Assembly (NCBI RefSeq): GCF_037042905.1
Contig: NC_087257.1
Coordinates: 18,414,001-18,478,000 of the forward strand
DNA length: 64,000 nucleotides
Origin: Lytechinus pictus
Lineage: Eukaryota
Reading direction: 5' to 3'
Shown in pieces: positions 36,301 through 48,646 of the stretch. The notes beneath the pieces were generated by a model. That model saw nothing but the letters and a program-made list of their open reading frames with translations, ran no database searches and was not told where the DNA came from. Each line of letters opens with the position of its first letter. Position 1 is the first letter of the stretch. A program made the position numbers and the translations under genes.

Positions 36301-38589
36301 ACGTAATGCAGAATTCGCCACCAGTGACCTATCCATCTTCTAGTGTCATTCCTCTTATTGTTTTTTCTTCCGTTCCCTTACTTTTAATCATTAATGTCTT
36401 TTCTATGAATATACGATTCGTTGTGCCTCTTTAGATCCATATCATAACTGAGTATTGTCCCATAGAGATGAAAGCTCAATTTAGTTCCTGATCCTTGATA
36501 TACAAATACTCACCGACTGCCGAACGTGGTCTGAAGTACTGTTGCTATGCCAGAGACAAAGAAGATTGTGGCAACGAGTTCGGCTACAGTGACGTAATCT
36601 TCAGCGATACACAATGCTGATTTCAGAAACAGTGGGACAGCGACCGTAGCCCCGACCATCGTTAGGTAATGCTGGATAATGCAAAAGTAATATTGATATG
36701 ATTGAGTTCAAATCAATAGATGTGAAGAATTACGACATAGTTGCCCAACGATTTTCTAAACATATTTATAGATCTTATTTCATTGAACTCTACACAATGA
36801 AAAAGATAAATGGGTCCAGTAGCGTACCTGAAGATCATGGAGCAAGGGGAGGGGGATGCCCCCTGACAGTTTTGATGACTTTTTTTTCTGTTTAGTCATG
36901 AGAAAATCTTAGACAGAAAAGATCTTACGGCATGGCAGAAGCAGTAAAACTCTTTTTTAAACCTTGTTAGTCAGATTTTTTTTAAATTATTATTATTATT
37001 ATTATTATTATTTTTTTTTTTTTTTTTGGGGGGGGGATGCTTCCGGAAATGCTGGTGAGATAGTAGCTTTGGTAATCCAGGTACGCCTGTGGTTCAGTCA
37101 ACATCCAAGCACCACTTTGCCAAACTCAACCTAAGAGGGCGCAATTCAATATTGTCAGTTTACTCTTACTTTAACTGCTTACCTGAAAACCAAGCAATAT
37201 GGCGGTGTACCAGGCAGGGACATCGTCTATCCCATAACTGAGCTCTCCCCTTAGATTACGGAGGATCTCAGCTGCTTTCTGCTCGTGAGGGGCGGGGGAA
37301 GGACCGCCTCCGTTCTCCATTAAACCTGTCTCGACGTCTTCATTGTCGTGGTGGCCATTCTGCGTTGCCATGGCAACATCTTTCTCCTCTGCACCCTCGG
37401 CATGTTTTTTACCCTGTAGTTAGTGTAAGGAATAGAAAAAGGCAAACCTGCAGCACCTCATTCAGGTAAACAACTCAGATCAATTGTAAAATCAGGATTT
37501 TGATAATAATTATAGATGATACACTACAAAATTGTTTGTCAAAAAATCAGGTTTTCACCAGTCAGTTGGTCAGAGATTTTGACGTATCCGGATTGGGAAA
37601 AACTTGTGACCAACTGTCGATCAAAACACCCTTGGATGGTTAGAATGTCAGTCAATAGTTGTTCAAATCCAGTTTGCCCAATTATTGACCTTTATTTGAC
37701 CAATAAAATTATAAATCAATTTGATCAAAAGAAGACTTTTTTTTGGAGAACTGAGAAAAGCAGTGTCAGCTTTCGTTTTTCAAACGTGGCCATTGATAAT
37801 AAACATTAGCTATTTGGATTTTGCAATATGTAATTTTCAGAAGATGGTATAAAATTCTTCAGGATACAAAAAAAACCAGAGGGGCAAAACATTCTTTGAG
37901 ATTAATTTCAGTAGACCGACCAGATATTGATGACTATTCTCCTATGGCGTAATGAGTTGAAAATTTCGAGGGGGAAGACATGGGGGGGGGGGGGGTTAAA
38001 AAGCTGCGAATATGCAAAATGTGTGACCTTTTTTATACGAAAATTTATTTTTGGGATAGATTGCAATGACTTAATATTCACAAAACATATTATTTTCATA
38101 TTTCACCCTTTTCTTTTTGTTTTCTTCTTGTTTTCCCTCATTTCTGGTTGTGAAACTTTTTAATGGCTCCAAGCCACACCCCCATTCGTACGCAAGTGTT
38201 TTTCCTTCTATAATTATATTCGTACACTGCAAAAAATCTGGTGTTGATTTAACACCAGCCCGGAATCTATATATGTCCACCCCTGAGAAGTGTTAAACAA
38301 CACCAGTTTCGTTTTGGTCTAATACCAGATAGGTGTTTATACAACACCAATTAGAATTAAAACAGCATCGGTTTGATTACAAACTGGTGTTGTTTCAATA
38401 CTTCTCTGGTGTGGACATAGATTCTGGGCTGGTGTTAAATCAACACCGGAGTTTTTGCAGTGTGGTGTAGTTCCTTCTTTTTTAAAAGATAGACCAAAAA
38501 CATGTAACTACTAATAATGAATAACTTACGTTTGGATGACTGGAAAGTTCAATGTCTCCATTCTTCTTCAGTCCATTTGATTCCTCCAT
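24336..38589 (-). CDS. SLC23: SLC23/NAT (solute carrier family 23 member 1/2-like) nucleobase-ascorbate transporter paralog B, 14 coding exons, ~643 aa
   Basis: join(38589-38530,37413-37183,36671-36514,36118-36027,35507-35410,34118-33973,33145-33025,30692-30536,29766-29513,28776-28647,28170-28021,27359-27264,26696-26484,24361-24336) = 1932 nt, all GT-AG and phase-consistent; QH motif, [36 protein letters not shown]. Confidence 0.92.
25022..25654 (-). mobile_element. tRNA-derived SINE family B, split by a nested family A SINE
   Basis: Head 25654-25592 and body 25305-25022 match the intact copy at 32510-32812. Confidence 0.85.
25306..25591 (-). mobile_element. tRNA-derived SINE family A (nested)
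   Basis: A box TGGCCCAGTGG, B box GGTTCGATTCC, (TAT)n tail. Confidence 0.88.
26484..26696 (-). CDS. SLC23: SLC23-B exon 13 ([11 protein letters not shown]...YELPFGM...[10 protein letters not shown]...)
   Basis: GTxxERG, YxLPFGM and YLPxSPTF are typical SLC23 C-terminal motifs; aag acceptor, gtacgt donor. Confidence 0.88.
26943..27168. other. Assembly gap (N run) in SLC23-B intron 12
   Basis: Run of n. Confidence 0.99.
27264..27359 (-). CDS. SLC23: SLC23-B exon 12 ([33 protein letters not shown])
   Basis: ccttag / gtgaga; LDNTIPG motif. Confidence 0.93.
28021..28170 (-). CDS. SLC23: SLC23-B exon 11 ([28 protein letters not shown]...)
   Basis: ttttag / gtaaga; conserved [15 protein letters not shown]. 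Confidence 0.95.
28647..28776 (-). CDS. SLC23: SLC23-B exon 10 ([10 protein letters not shown]...[14 protein letters not shown])
   Basis: ctacag / gtaagt. Confidence 0.95.
29513..29766 (-). CDS. SLC23: SLC23-B exon 9 containing the NAT signature (GQWGLPTV...ESVGDYY...[15 protein letters not shown])
   Basis: ttgcag / gtaatt; NAT signature motif. Confidence 0.96.
30536..30692 (-). CDS. SLC23: SLC23-B exon 8 (VILAILISW...ARTD...WFRVPYP)
   Basis: cacag / gtatgg; ARTD and WFxxPYP motifs. Confidence 0.95.
32281..33012. repeat. (GATT/GGTT)n tetranucleotide satellite interrupted by a SINE
   Basis: Long TTGA/TTGG arrays on both sides of 32510-32812. Confidence 0.9.
32510..32812 (+). mobile_element. 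tRNA-derived SINE family B, full length
   Basis: A box TGGTGTAGCGG, B box GTTCGAATCC, body, (ATT)n tail. Confidence 0.9.
33025..33145 (-). CDS. SLC23: SLC23-B exon 7 ([11 protein letters not shown]...IFKLFP)
   Basis: catcag / gtgagt; FSQY and FKLFP motifs. Confidence 0.94.
33973..34118 (-). CDS. SLC23: SLC23-B exon 6 ([30 protein letters not shown]...HWGIAF)
   Basis: caacag / gtaagt; IGPL.ITPT motif. Confidence 0.95.
34153..34718. mobile_element. Non-autonomous Kolobok-like element
   Basis: TTAA flanks; degenerate TIR CGGACAAGTCTAACCC / GGGGTGGACTTGACCT; internal inverted AAATTTCACCAAAATCGGATGTAAAAT. Confidence 0.75.
35410..35507 (-). CDS. SLC23: SLC23-B exon 5 ([33 protein letters not shown])
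   Basis: tttaag / gtattt; RIREIQG motif; two N-glycosylation sequons. Confidence 0.92.
36027..36118 (-). CDS. SLC23: SLC23-B exon 4 ([20 protein letters not shown]...)
   Basis: ctatag / gtaaga. Confidence 0.94.
36514..36671 (-). CDS. SLC23: SLC23-B exon 3 ([16 protein letters not shown]...LQTTFGSR)
   Basis: atccag / gtgagt. Confidence 0.95.
37183..37413 (-). CDS. SLC23: SLC23-B exon 2 (GKKHAEG...[20 protein letters not shown])
   Basis: ctacag / gtaagc; an alternative in-frame ATG at 37371. Confidence 0.92.
38225..38462. mobile_element. MITE with CACTG termini (EnSpm-like)
   Basis: ~45-bp TIR CACTGCAAAAA..CTGGTGTTGATTTAACACCAGCCC / GGGCTGGTGTTAAATCAACACCGGAGTTTTTGCAGTG. Confidence 0.85.
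38530..38589 (-). CDS. SLC23: SLC23-B probable first coding exon ([20 protein letters not shown])
   Basis: ATG preceded by an in-frame stop; gtaagt donor in phase 0, in frame with exon 2. Confidence 0.6.
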
Positions 38590-39915
38590 TTCATTTATTA
38601 CGAAGAATTGCTCCCTTCTTCTGATTGGTCAGTTAACTGGTTTCCTGCGCTCTTATTGGTCAGAGGATGATGTCCCTCCAAACTGACTGGCTTTGAAATG
38701 ACTTGGAATGAATCCAATTGGCTGGAAGATGGCGTATCTATCTTTTGATTGGCTAGAAAGTCCTTGGATCCGGATTGGTCAAAAGGTGACGTCTCTTTCT
38801 CGTGACTGACTGACTAAAAGGGTGATTGTTCAAATCCAAAAAAAAAAAATTCTGATTGGCCAGAAGACAAACGAACATCTGTTGACAAGAACAGAAACGT
38901 AGACCATGTAGACGAAGATAATGATTAAATCTTCTTCACCAATGGCATTAAACCCCTACATTAGATATAAATATACCTCCATTAAAGAAAACAAAGAAAT
39001 TAAACAATCATTGACAAATGTCGCCAGCTCCTACTTAAAACGTTTCCCCAGATCGCACCAACAAAAAACTTATTAAGAAAGACAAAAATGCAAAACTTTA
39101 TTTAAGTCAGGAGAGTTACAAAATACAACGGCGCATGGATGTAGGTCTTTTTCTGCCTGATTCTCAATCAGAAAACCAATGTAAAATTGGGGAAAAGCGG
39201 AAAAAACAAACCTGTTTTCATAAGTCACAGATCAGATTCTGGGTCACAATATCAGTACAAAAATAAGTGGTCACAAGGTGCAGAGACAGTGCACTCACTT
39301 TATCAAGTATAGACTGTCTTGGCTCCAAATGAAGGATGAAGCGCTATATTATCCGCGATATGGCCATGAAAGTTGATTAGACATTTGTACTGGTCAATAA
39401 TACCGAAATACTCAATGTATATCTATTGTTCTGTCAATAAGGTCATACAACTTTATCGGAAAGGTATTGCAAATCGAGAGTGCGGCGAACGGAAATGGTG
39501 GAGGGTTATTTTCGAAAGCAGTGACCGCTAGATTAACTCGTGAACAAAATGAAAAGCACTTTCGTGTCAATTCATTCCAACTTTAACTAAGTACCAACCT
39601 GATTATCAAGCGAAGGTTTTTAATTCGAGGTAGACCATCAGCCTTATAAAATCATATTGGTTATTCAGCGGGTTAGACTTAATCCTTAAACTGGCAGACA
39701 AAAATGCATATAGTTAGTAAGACCATGGACCCGTCATTCCCGTCGCAACATGAGTTGCAATCGCACTCACGTTAATTCTGAGTCAATTACAGGATTTGAA
39801 TTTTATGAGGGGGCTTAGAGGAGAGGGATTTTTTTTATTGGACGTAGGATCGCCATCATAGACCGATTAATTTGATTCATAATATAATACAGAATAGGCC
39901 CCCATAACGTACAAC

Positions 39916-40161
39916 NNNNNNNNNNNNNNNNNNNNNNNNNNNNNNNNNNNNNNNNNNNNNNNNNNNNNNNNNNNNNNNNNNNNNNNNNNNNNNNNNNNNN
40001 NNNNNNNNNNNNNNNNNNNNNNNNNNNNNNNNNNNNNNNNNNNNNNNNNNNNNNNNNNNNNNNNNNNNNNNNNNNNNNNNNNNNNNNNNNNNNNNNNNNN
40101 NNNNNNNNNNNNNNNNNNNNNNNNNNNNNNNNNNNNNNNNNNNNNNNNNNNNNNNNNNNNN
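39916..40161. other. Assembly gap (N run)
   Basis: Run of n. Confidence 0.99.
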
Positions 40162-41285
40162 GTCACCTGTGTTATGGGGGGTTAACTTTCACATGTGATT
40201 CGGGTAGTAGCACACGACACCTGTTGTTTTCAACTGTACAGGTCCCAGGTCAATCCTACCTGTAACAATTTTAAGTCCATGCTGATATTTCATGTCATGT
40301 TCGGACCAGTTTCTGACCATGGCTCATCCATGTTGCACATGTTCCCATCTCATCCATTTAATCATGTTGTTTACCGGTCAGCTGCTTTTAGGGAAAAAAG
40401 TCCTGGCAGTATCCTTGGGTTGGGATGCTTGAAACTTTCTGAGATGTAAATATTCGATTGGTCAATTCCAGTTTCCAAGGGGAGGGCTTTCACCTTGTAA
40501 ATGTTATGTTTTATATCATATTGTTGCCAGGAGTGGCACGAGATTCATTTGAATAAATTTAGGTATAAATATGGGAAATTGGGGGAGAATAGTCGGTTAG
40601 TCTTCACCCATCGACAGAACGCCGTCCTAACTCATTGAGTGTACATACGGTCACGCTCTTATCAAACATTGTAACTTGGAACTTTGTGAAGTTTTGAAGA
40701 ACATGAATAAATACTCATATGTACATAGTAAATGTACATGATTATCTCTTGAGTTATCATTCCAACGAGGTTGCTTCATCACAATCATCATCATCATCAT
40801 CACCACGATTACCTCCACTGCGACAACCACCGCCATTATCACCACCACTCTCCTCTCTATTAAATCACATTAACTGTTGATCAGTTGGGTGTCACTTACA
40901 TGTTTTATTCTTGTGCCCTTCCCTCAAAACACAAGTTCAAGCATCAAGCAATTAAGTGATTTATTATGGCGAATTCATGTGACCCCTGTGGTCTTATCGG
41001 ATGGTTTATCGCTTCAGTCTTAAACAAAAACTCAGTGATTTAAAGGGGTTTCCCGGGTTCCCGGCTAAAATCACTATTTCTGTTGACGAAATATAGTGAC
41101 ATCGAAGATTCAGAATATTGCACAGGCCTTGCAAACACTATCACCATCGAAGTCGGATGGAGAGCAACTAAATTATGCCAGTTTAAAGTTTGTCATCACA
41201 CCAGTGGATAGGGATTATGATATGAATATGATGTTAAGGTGTGGTCATTCAGGGATGCATTCGGGATTTACTGGTGGGGTGGGGG

Positions 41286-41846
41286 CATGGTTACACTTCG
41301 TAATTCCGAAGGTTCGTAATTCCGAAACACGCAAATTGCCTATACCTCGATGTTCGTTAATCCGAAAACGTAAAAGGGTTCGTTAATCCGAACATTTGTG
41401 GCGTTATTCCGAAGGTTCGTTATTCCGAAGGTTCGATAATCCGAAAACGAAATAAGGTTCGATGTTCCGAAGGTTCGTTAATCCGAAAACGAAATAAGGT
41501 TCGTTGTTCCGAAGGTTCGTTAATCCGAAAACGAAATATGGTTAGTTAATCATTTAGTTTTCGGACTAACGAACCTTCGGAATTACGAACCTCATTTCTT
41601 TTTCGGATTAACGAACCTTCGGAATTACGAACCTCACTTCGTTTTCGGACTAACGAACCTTCGGAATTACGAACCTCACTTCGTTTTCGGACTAACGAAC
41701 CTTCGGAATTACGAACCTCATTTCGTTTTCGGACTAACGAACCTTCGGAATTACGAATCTTCGGAAATACGAACCTTCGGAATAACGAACCTTCGGAATA
41801 TCCGAACCTTCGGAATAACGAAGCTTCGGAATTACGAATGTATGCG
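41286..41846. mobile_element. Fold-back element made of TTCCGAAGGTTCG tandem repeats in two inverted halves
   Basis: Left half repeats TTCCGAAGGTTCGT, right half ACGAACCTTCGGAA. Confidence 0.8.
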
Positions 41847-44800
41847 GGGGGGGGGGGGGGGGGGTGGGGGGTGGGTTATTTGGAAAACAAAATGTCTTTC
41901 GTCTTTTACGGAGTTCATTTCCTTTTCTTAAAAAATAACAAGAATACAACAATTAGGCTATCATAACTCGTGTAGAGAATATTCTCGTATTTTTTTATTA
42001 CCTTATCATTTGACAATATTCCGTTCCTTTCTGTTTGAAAGTAACCCTCTTTGTTCTAAGAAAGTAAGCTCATAACAGTGTGAGCTCATTATCGTTGAAA
42101 ATCAAAGACGACAGACACTGATCAATACACAAGCATGAAAAAATCATAATGTAAAGATTTCATGAAATGAAACAAATAAAATGGAAGGAGGCGATTTGAC
42201 ATGAGCTCACTCATTCACCAAAATAGAGCACGACTTTGAAATTAAATTATTTCGTTACCCGATTTCGATATACAAGCTACTTTCGCATCAGTAATTTCAT
42301 TGTTCATTTGTGGCCAGAGTACATCTTTAAATTCTTGCTGTAATCAAATAAGAATCGCAGTGAACAGACGGGTCAAAATATTTGCACAAGTAACATAAAC
42401 GTAATAAATCTGGGATGATGTTGTCGAAATCACGTTTTTTGTTTTCCCTTGGGAAAGTGTACTGTTCCTTTTCCCAAGCGAATCTTGTGTAGTGAATGCG
42501 AGGAACATTGACAACCCCGAAAATATTACCTACTAATGAAAAATGATGACATAAGTGCCTGCACACTTAAAATGTTGGGCAACATACTGTCCACTGTGTT
42601 GGGTAATGTATGTTGGTAAAATATATATATTCTGGGTAATTATTATCCAATTGAGCAAATTTATTACCCAGTTATTAGTTTTTATTACCTGATTTGGGCA
42701 GATTTTGTGTGCAGAGTATGTTGCCCAGGGTTGGTTAAAAGTTGGGAATTTTTTGCCCAACTATTTTAAGAGTGTGTAATAAAACCAAAACGATATTCAA
42801 CGTGGTCAATCACACATGTGCTTTGCTTGTTGATTGTGTTTTCATTCTTGAATGTTAATCGGTTGTTTTGGTGTTTTAACATTGTTTTTGTGTTTGGATG
42901 TAGAGGGGGGGGGGGGGGGTGGAGTCCCAGTCTACTTAAGTTTATTACATATGTATTTTTTCTAGTTAAGTCAAATGAATGTTTAAACAATTACACATTT
43001 ACACTTTATTTTTGCATTAGGTCACTCGAAAAGAATAATACTGTATTGTATGAAGTCAATAAGACCAACTTCAACAAAAATAGATGACTATCATGTGATA
43101 TTTACATGAAAATAAACCAACTTTGAAATTCGGTAAAATATTTTGAATCGTGATATATTCATCCAACTTTATACTCACGGATGAGTTGAAGTCTTATTTT
43201 GGTTTGAGGCTTGGAAAATAAATAAATGAGTTTATAAAACACATAATGTACAAAAAACACAACAATGATGCTTATGGGTGATTGTGAACTACAAATCAAA
43301 ATCAACAACAATAAAACAAAATGATAGCATTAATGCTAATGGTGACCATAATCCTGCCTATTTGTCCTTATTTTTTAAGTAATTTTTTTTTTTAAATATA
43401 CGATTTTACAGATTAAAGCAAAATGCAGGGGGGGGGGCATACATTCTCTTATACGAAACATGAATTGAAATACTGTTACATATTTTTTTGCCAATCATCT
43501 GATCATCATAATCATAGCACCGATTACCTGACAACAAAAGTAATTGACAGGCATCAATTTCACGGAATGCGATCGAGAACTTTGGCGGTGATTCTGAATT
43601 GCGTGCTTTCAATTGACCAGGTCACGCAGAGAAAACATAAAATATTGAATTTCACTTGTAAAGATCCACCACTTACGAAACACCTTGACACCTTTTTTGT
43701 ATGAAGGGGTATTTGTAGAGGCTTTGAACTTAAGTGGTGGTGTTTGGAAGAAAAACAGACGATTTTGCAAGAATTTGTTTCGTTCAACTGTCAAGGTTAT
43801 ATTGTGATCAGGGGATCCAAACGGGTGTAGAGGGGTAGAGGCTGGGGTGGGGTGCAAAAGAAGAGTGGAAATCATACCTAAATAAGCAATGACCTCACAA
43901 TGTACTCTTCGCATTTTCAACAATCATGACATCAATGCTCATACAAAATATATAATATATACCCAATAGGGTAATACGAAATAGAATCATAATAACTTTA
44001 GATTCTAATTTACTGTAGGATTAAGTTATTTCCCAAAAGTGGTGGTGCATTTAAAAAAAAAAACTAATGCCTTTGGTAATTATAAAAAGCACAGCTGTCG
44101 AGTATAAGCTGGGTATGTTTTGTTGTTGTTGCTGCTACTGCTGCTGATGATAAAAAAATGTAATTGTTTAGCGCCATTGCTCTGTGAAAACATTCAAAGG
44201 TGACGACATTTTGTTTTCAATATCTCTTGAAATTTGGCTTGTGGGATGACTACAGTTTTTTGGGGGGCGCCCCTTGAGGAAAAATTATTTGAAGACAATA
44301 GAAAAGTATACATTTCTGGCCCTGCATGTCGTCGAAGGGGGGGGGGGTGGGTGATTGTGGTTAATGTCAATGAATTAATGGCCTTGGGCTATTCAAATGG
44401 GATGGCATTTAACCTTTCTACTCTTTTTCTTGTCCGACTTCCTGTCAAACTTTTTAAGTGGACCCCATTTATCCTTTTGTGCCTCCTCCCTAAGAAATCT
44501 TGAATCCGCCACTAGCAGGAATGTACACTTTACTCCACAATAAAAAAAAATGATAGGCAATCACCGTTACAACTCTCGGATATTCATCAGCCATGTCAGT
44601 AATCTTACCCTTGACCTCAGTCGCGTCTGCTAAAAGTACTTTTTTTTGTTTGACTTGCCAAGAAGAAAATAAAAAGTGCACTCTCTTCAAACAAATACCT
44701 TTAATTTGAAGGATCAATTCCGCTCTCGGCTTTCAAGGCAAGACCGCAAAGACGTGTCAAGAAGGGATAAAGAGAAACATACCTGTAACCCTCTGCAACC

Positions 44801-45701
44801 TGTTTCACAAAAACGTTCAAATTAACGAATTCTAAGATTCTATATACAAATTTGCTCCCAACCAATCAAATCGCACAATATTTTATTGTCGTAGCTTTCA
44901 TCAGATGTTATGGCCATCCTCAAACTTCCAGTGAGATTCAACTCTGATTCGATGTTATTATTGCCTCATGTACCTCACTTATGGGAGGAGGGGGGGGGGG
45001 GGGTTACTGCCCTCCGAAAAGTTCCAAGATCAAGAAAAAACTAACGAAGAAGGAGAAAAGAAGGGAACCAGAAAAGGTGACAATTGTGAAATATGATATC
45101 ATTTTCAGATACTTAGGCTATAAAATGTATTCCGAAATTTGATTTTCAGTAAAAAATATACAAAAATTTAAATTCTCGCCTCGCTTGCGAATTTGTAGAA
45201 AGTACGCCCCATACACCATATCCCCTCCTCTCATTTGTTTCAGCTTGTTGCGCCACCGAATCAACCCAAGGTTTAGATGAATATGAAAATAACATTAAGT
45301 TTCTTTTCATGATTCATTGTCTCATTTGTGAGTAAATCAACATTGATACACGATTTCATTATTGTGCTTATACTGACGACTGTGGAAGGCTTTCGTAAAC
45401 AGTGGGGGAGTAATAATTTTATTGTTATTCCAAACAATAAACCTGATCAACTGACATGACTGAGTGGCACTAATAAAGTGTAGAACCCATTCTTGTGAAG
45501 GCTACCCAGAGGAGGCGATGTTGTTTGTTCAATTAATTGCAATACATTCATGATCCAAAGAGAGGGGGATTATTTTAACACATTTTACGTAAACTGGACC
45601 AAGACGGGTATAAATGGTCCGGTTGTGGAAGAAACTCGTAATGCAATTTAAATGAAATACATTTGATAATTTTCGTCGTACTGATTAGTACAATGGTAAT
45701 A

Positions 45702-45856
45702 CTAGCGTACCCACGGGGGGGGGGGGCAGAGGGGGCAGACTGCCCCCTGGTACAAATCCTTTATTTGTGGTTGAAGACCTTTTTTTTTTTTTGCTTGTCA
45801 AATTTATTGGCGGACGAATTTGCCCCCCCTGTGGAAAATCCTAGGTACGCCACTGA
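45702..45856. mobile_element. Short hAT-like poly-G MITE
   Basis: CTAGCGTACCC..GGGGG / CCTAGGTACGCCACTG ends; similar fragments at ~2762, 3308, 15612, 36818. Confidence 0.5.
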
Positions 45857-46367
45857 ATGGTAATGATATAAAGTTGACCCTCGCTAATGATTTAATGATG
45901 ATCATGATTACACATGATTGTTATAATGATAATAGTAATAACAACGACATTGTATTAATGAGTTTCACAAATCACTATATGATGAAAAATCGTTTTAAAA
46001 ATGTTAAGTATATAACTGATTATTTTGATTCAGTTTAAATTCCAATGATATAATCTTTAAGTGTATACACTGGGATAATTATGGACATGGTGGAGAAAAT
46101 GCAGCTGGAAATTGCGTTAGCATGTTCGTGTAATTTGGAAATGGATGGATCATAATGTAACGGAAACTATTAATTGATTTTTGACTGCGCACCAACACAT
46201 AACATATTTTGTCAGCACATGCGGAACATCTTGAAGTGCAGTTAGTGAATGGATAAAACTAAGTGATCAAGTCACGAAAACAATTCAGAAGTATCTAATT
46301 TAGAAATATGCGCCAAGAAATATATAAATATTACCAAGTCCCTCAGCTTTCCGAAGATCTATTATAT

Positions 46368-46413
<46 letters not shown>

Positions 46414-47192
46414 ACATTTCGCTACTCAGTTTGATTTAATACTGCTAATGATTTTAAAATGAATGTAATTTATATGTAGCCTACCTGTCCTATTACATCT
46501 GATGAAAGTTCTTCAGCGTTCCGAAGATGTTCCTCCAGGAGAGCCCATGTCATTATATATATACAAGTCTATATGTATCTACAGTTTGCCAGCTGTGATA
46601 GGCTATATAGTCGGTAGATCGCAGACGTCTCGCACAACCGAAAATGTGTAATGATCCAATACAGGATGAAAGAATCTAAACGACTGAAACATGAAACTCT
46701 GACAAGACAATCAAACTTTATAGATCATTTTCCATGTTCTCATTCTACGGCATGCTTCGAAGATCGTGAATATCACTATAGCTTCATTCCTTGTCAATGT
46801 AGGATAGATTTACAATGCATTAAACGGTAGCGTGCACTAAAACACTATTCGGTGTTGAATCACTGAAGACCAGACCAAGACAATAACATGGCTTAGGCTC
46901 AAGCTAATCAATATTTAAAGAATAGCAGTTTCCGTCTTCAGACATGCGAAGTTCTGTTGGCTGAAAAGTTTACTCAATTCGCCGTTATCAAGCATGTCGC
47001 CGGGTGATAAAAACAGGAAAAGAAAACATTTATTACGTCACAGCCTCCTATTTCATGTGCCCCCTCCTCCCTCCCCCAAGAAAGAGCACGGGCGATTCTT
47101 GTATAGCCAATGAATGTTGCATGCATGTGCTTTACTAGTATAGAGGCCTTTTGTGATAAACTTATATAACTTTATTTCTTGTATATATATTT

Positions 47193-47725
47193 CCCGGGGG
47201 GCCACTTACATTGACGAGTGGATACCATGCGCGACCAAAAAAAAACCACGTAAAAAGGATCTTTTTCAAGATAGGGCACGTTACGTACGTAACGTGATAA
47301 GGGTGTCAAAAACACTAAATAATGAAAAAAGGGTATCTATTTTGCTAGGAAAGCTAGTGTTTAGGGTCAAATTTGCTGGGATGATAAAACAAAATTAAAA
47401 TGTTCGTGTTTAGAGTCCGATTTGCGCGAGGTGTGGAAGGTGGGGCCGTACTAAACCAAATGTAAAGGGTAAAGGTAAAACCGACGACCGACGGACCCGT
47501 GACATAACAATGAAATATCGCTGTACTTGTTTAGGGGTTCATTTCAGGGAATTCTAGTTTGCCAAGAGTATCGTTTTGTTTCCAATACTTGTTAAGGGTA
47601 GGGTTTCACACGCCAATACTTGTTAAGGGGTGCATTTTCAGAATATGGAAAATATGCGTTTAGGGTGCTTTTCGAGACCCCATGGTCGCGCATGGTATCC
47701 ACTCGTCAATGGAAGTGCCCCCGGG
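47193..47725. mobile_element. Unclassified TIR element with CCCGGG termini and 8-bp TSD
   Basis: TSD ATATATTT on both sides; TIR CCCGGGGGGCCACTT.CATTGACGAGTGGATACCATGCGCGACCA. Confidence 0.88.
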
Positions 47726-48547
47726 ATATATTTACTTGTTTATCTACTTATTTAGTTTTTTTGTAGAGAATTGGTATTGCTACAATAGAACAGGGGAAAC
47801 TACTTCCTATGCCTTTTTTCAAGCAGTGAAAAGTGGAAAAAAAAATAAGGGGGGGATAATAGGTCTGAGAAGTGCAACTTTATATTCCACAAGTCATTCA
47901 TCTGAGAAAAAAAATGACGACACATATGAGATCTCTTGTATCAAGATATATTATAGTACGGATGATTTTACTATTGTACATAATGATAATGGTCAATGCA
48001 CCCAGGCGGGGTGTAAGGGGAACTCGATTTGATGTCGTTTTTTTTTTTTTTAGAAAGGAAATAATTTATATTTCGTTTAAGAAAAAGTCCTGGTATTGTT
48101 GATTATACACCTCTTTAAGATTTTGTTTATTCTACTTTTCAAAAAGTTAATTCATCCCTTTAAGCATGCTCTATGGCTTGGTGGTTCAAACTTCATTTAG
48201 GTTGATAGCAGAATGACAGGATGATATTTTTGATGAGTGGGAAATACAAGGTCAAAAACTTGCCCTAAACTAGTTAACCATGTCATTGTACTATGAGGAA
48301 TGTAGCGGCGAGTAGCCCACCCGCATCACTTGCGCATAGATATGGGGGGGGGGGGGGAGGGATTGCACCCCACATTTTTCACGACCAACTGCAAAAAAGA
48401 GAGAAGGGTGAAATATGGTATTATTTTCTGAATATCATGTCAAAATCTATCACAAAATCGGATTTTTGTAATAAATATGTCGAAATGTTTGCTCGCAACT
48501 TTTATAAATTTTGCCCGACACGCTATATCTATTTTTTACGAAAAATA

Positions 48548-48646
48548 AGGGGTGCATTTTCAGAATATGGAAAATACTTGTTTATCGTGCTTTTCGAGAC
48601 CCCATGGTCGCGCATGGTATCCACTCGTCAGTGGAAGTGGCCCCGG
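48548..48646. mobile_element. Fragment (one end) of the CCCGGG element
   Basis: Matches 47626-47725. Confidence 0.75.

Noticed and set aside
41286-41846. Regularly spaced short repeats resembling a CRISPR array (also 17200-17550)
   Set aside because: Eukaryotic context, spacers are not unique, halves are inverted, and there are no cas genes.
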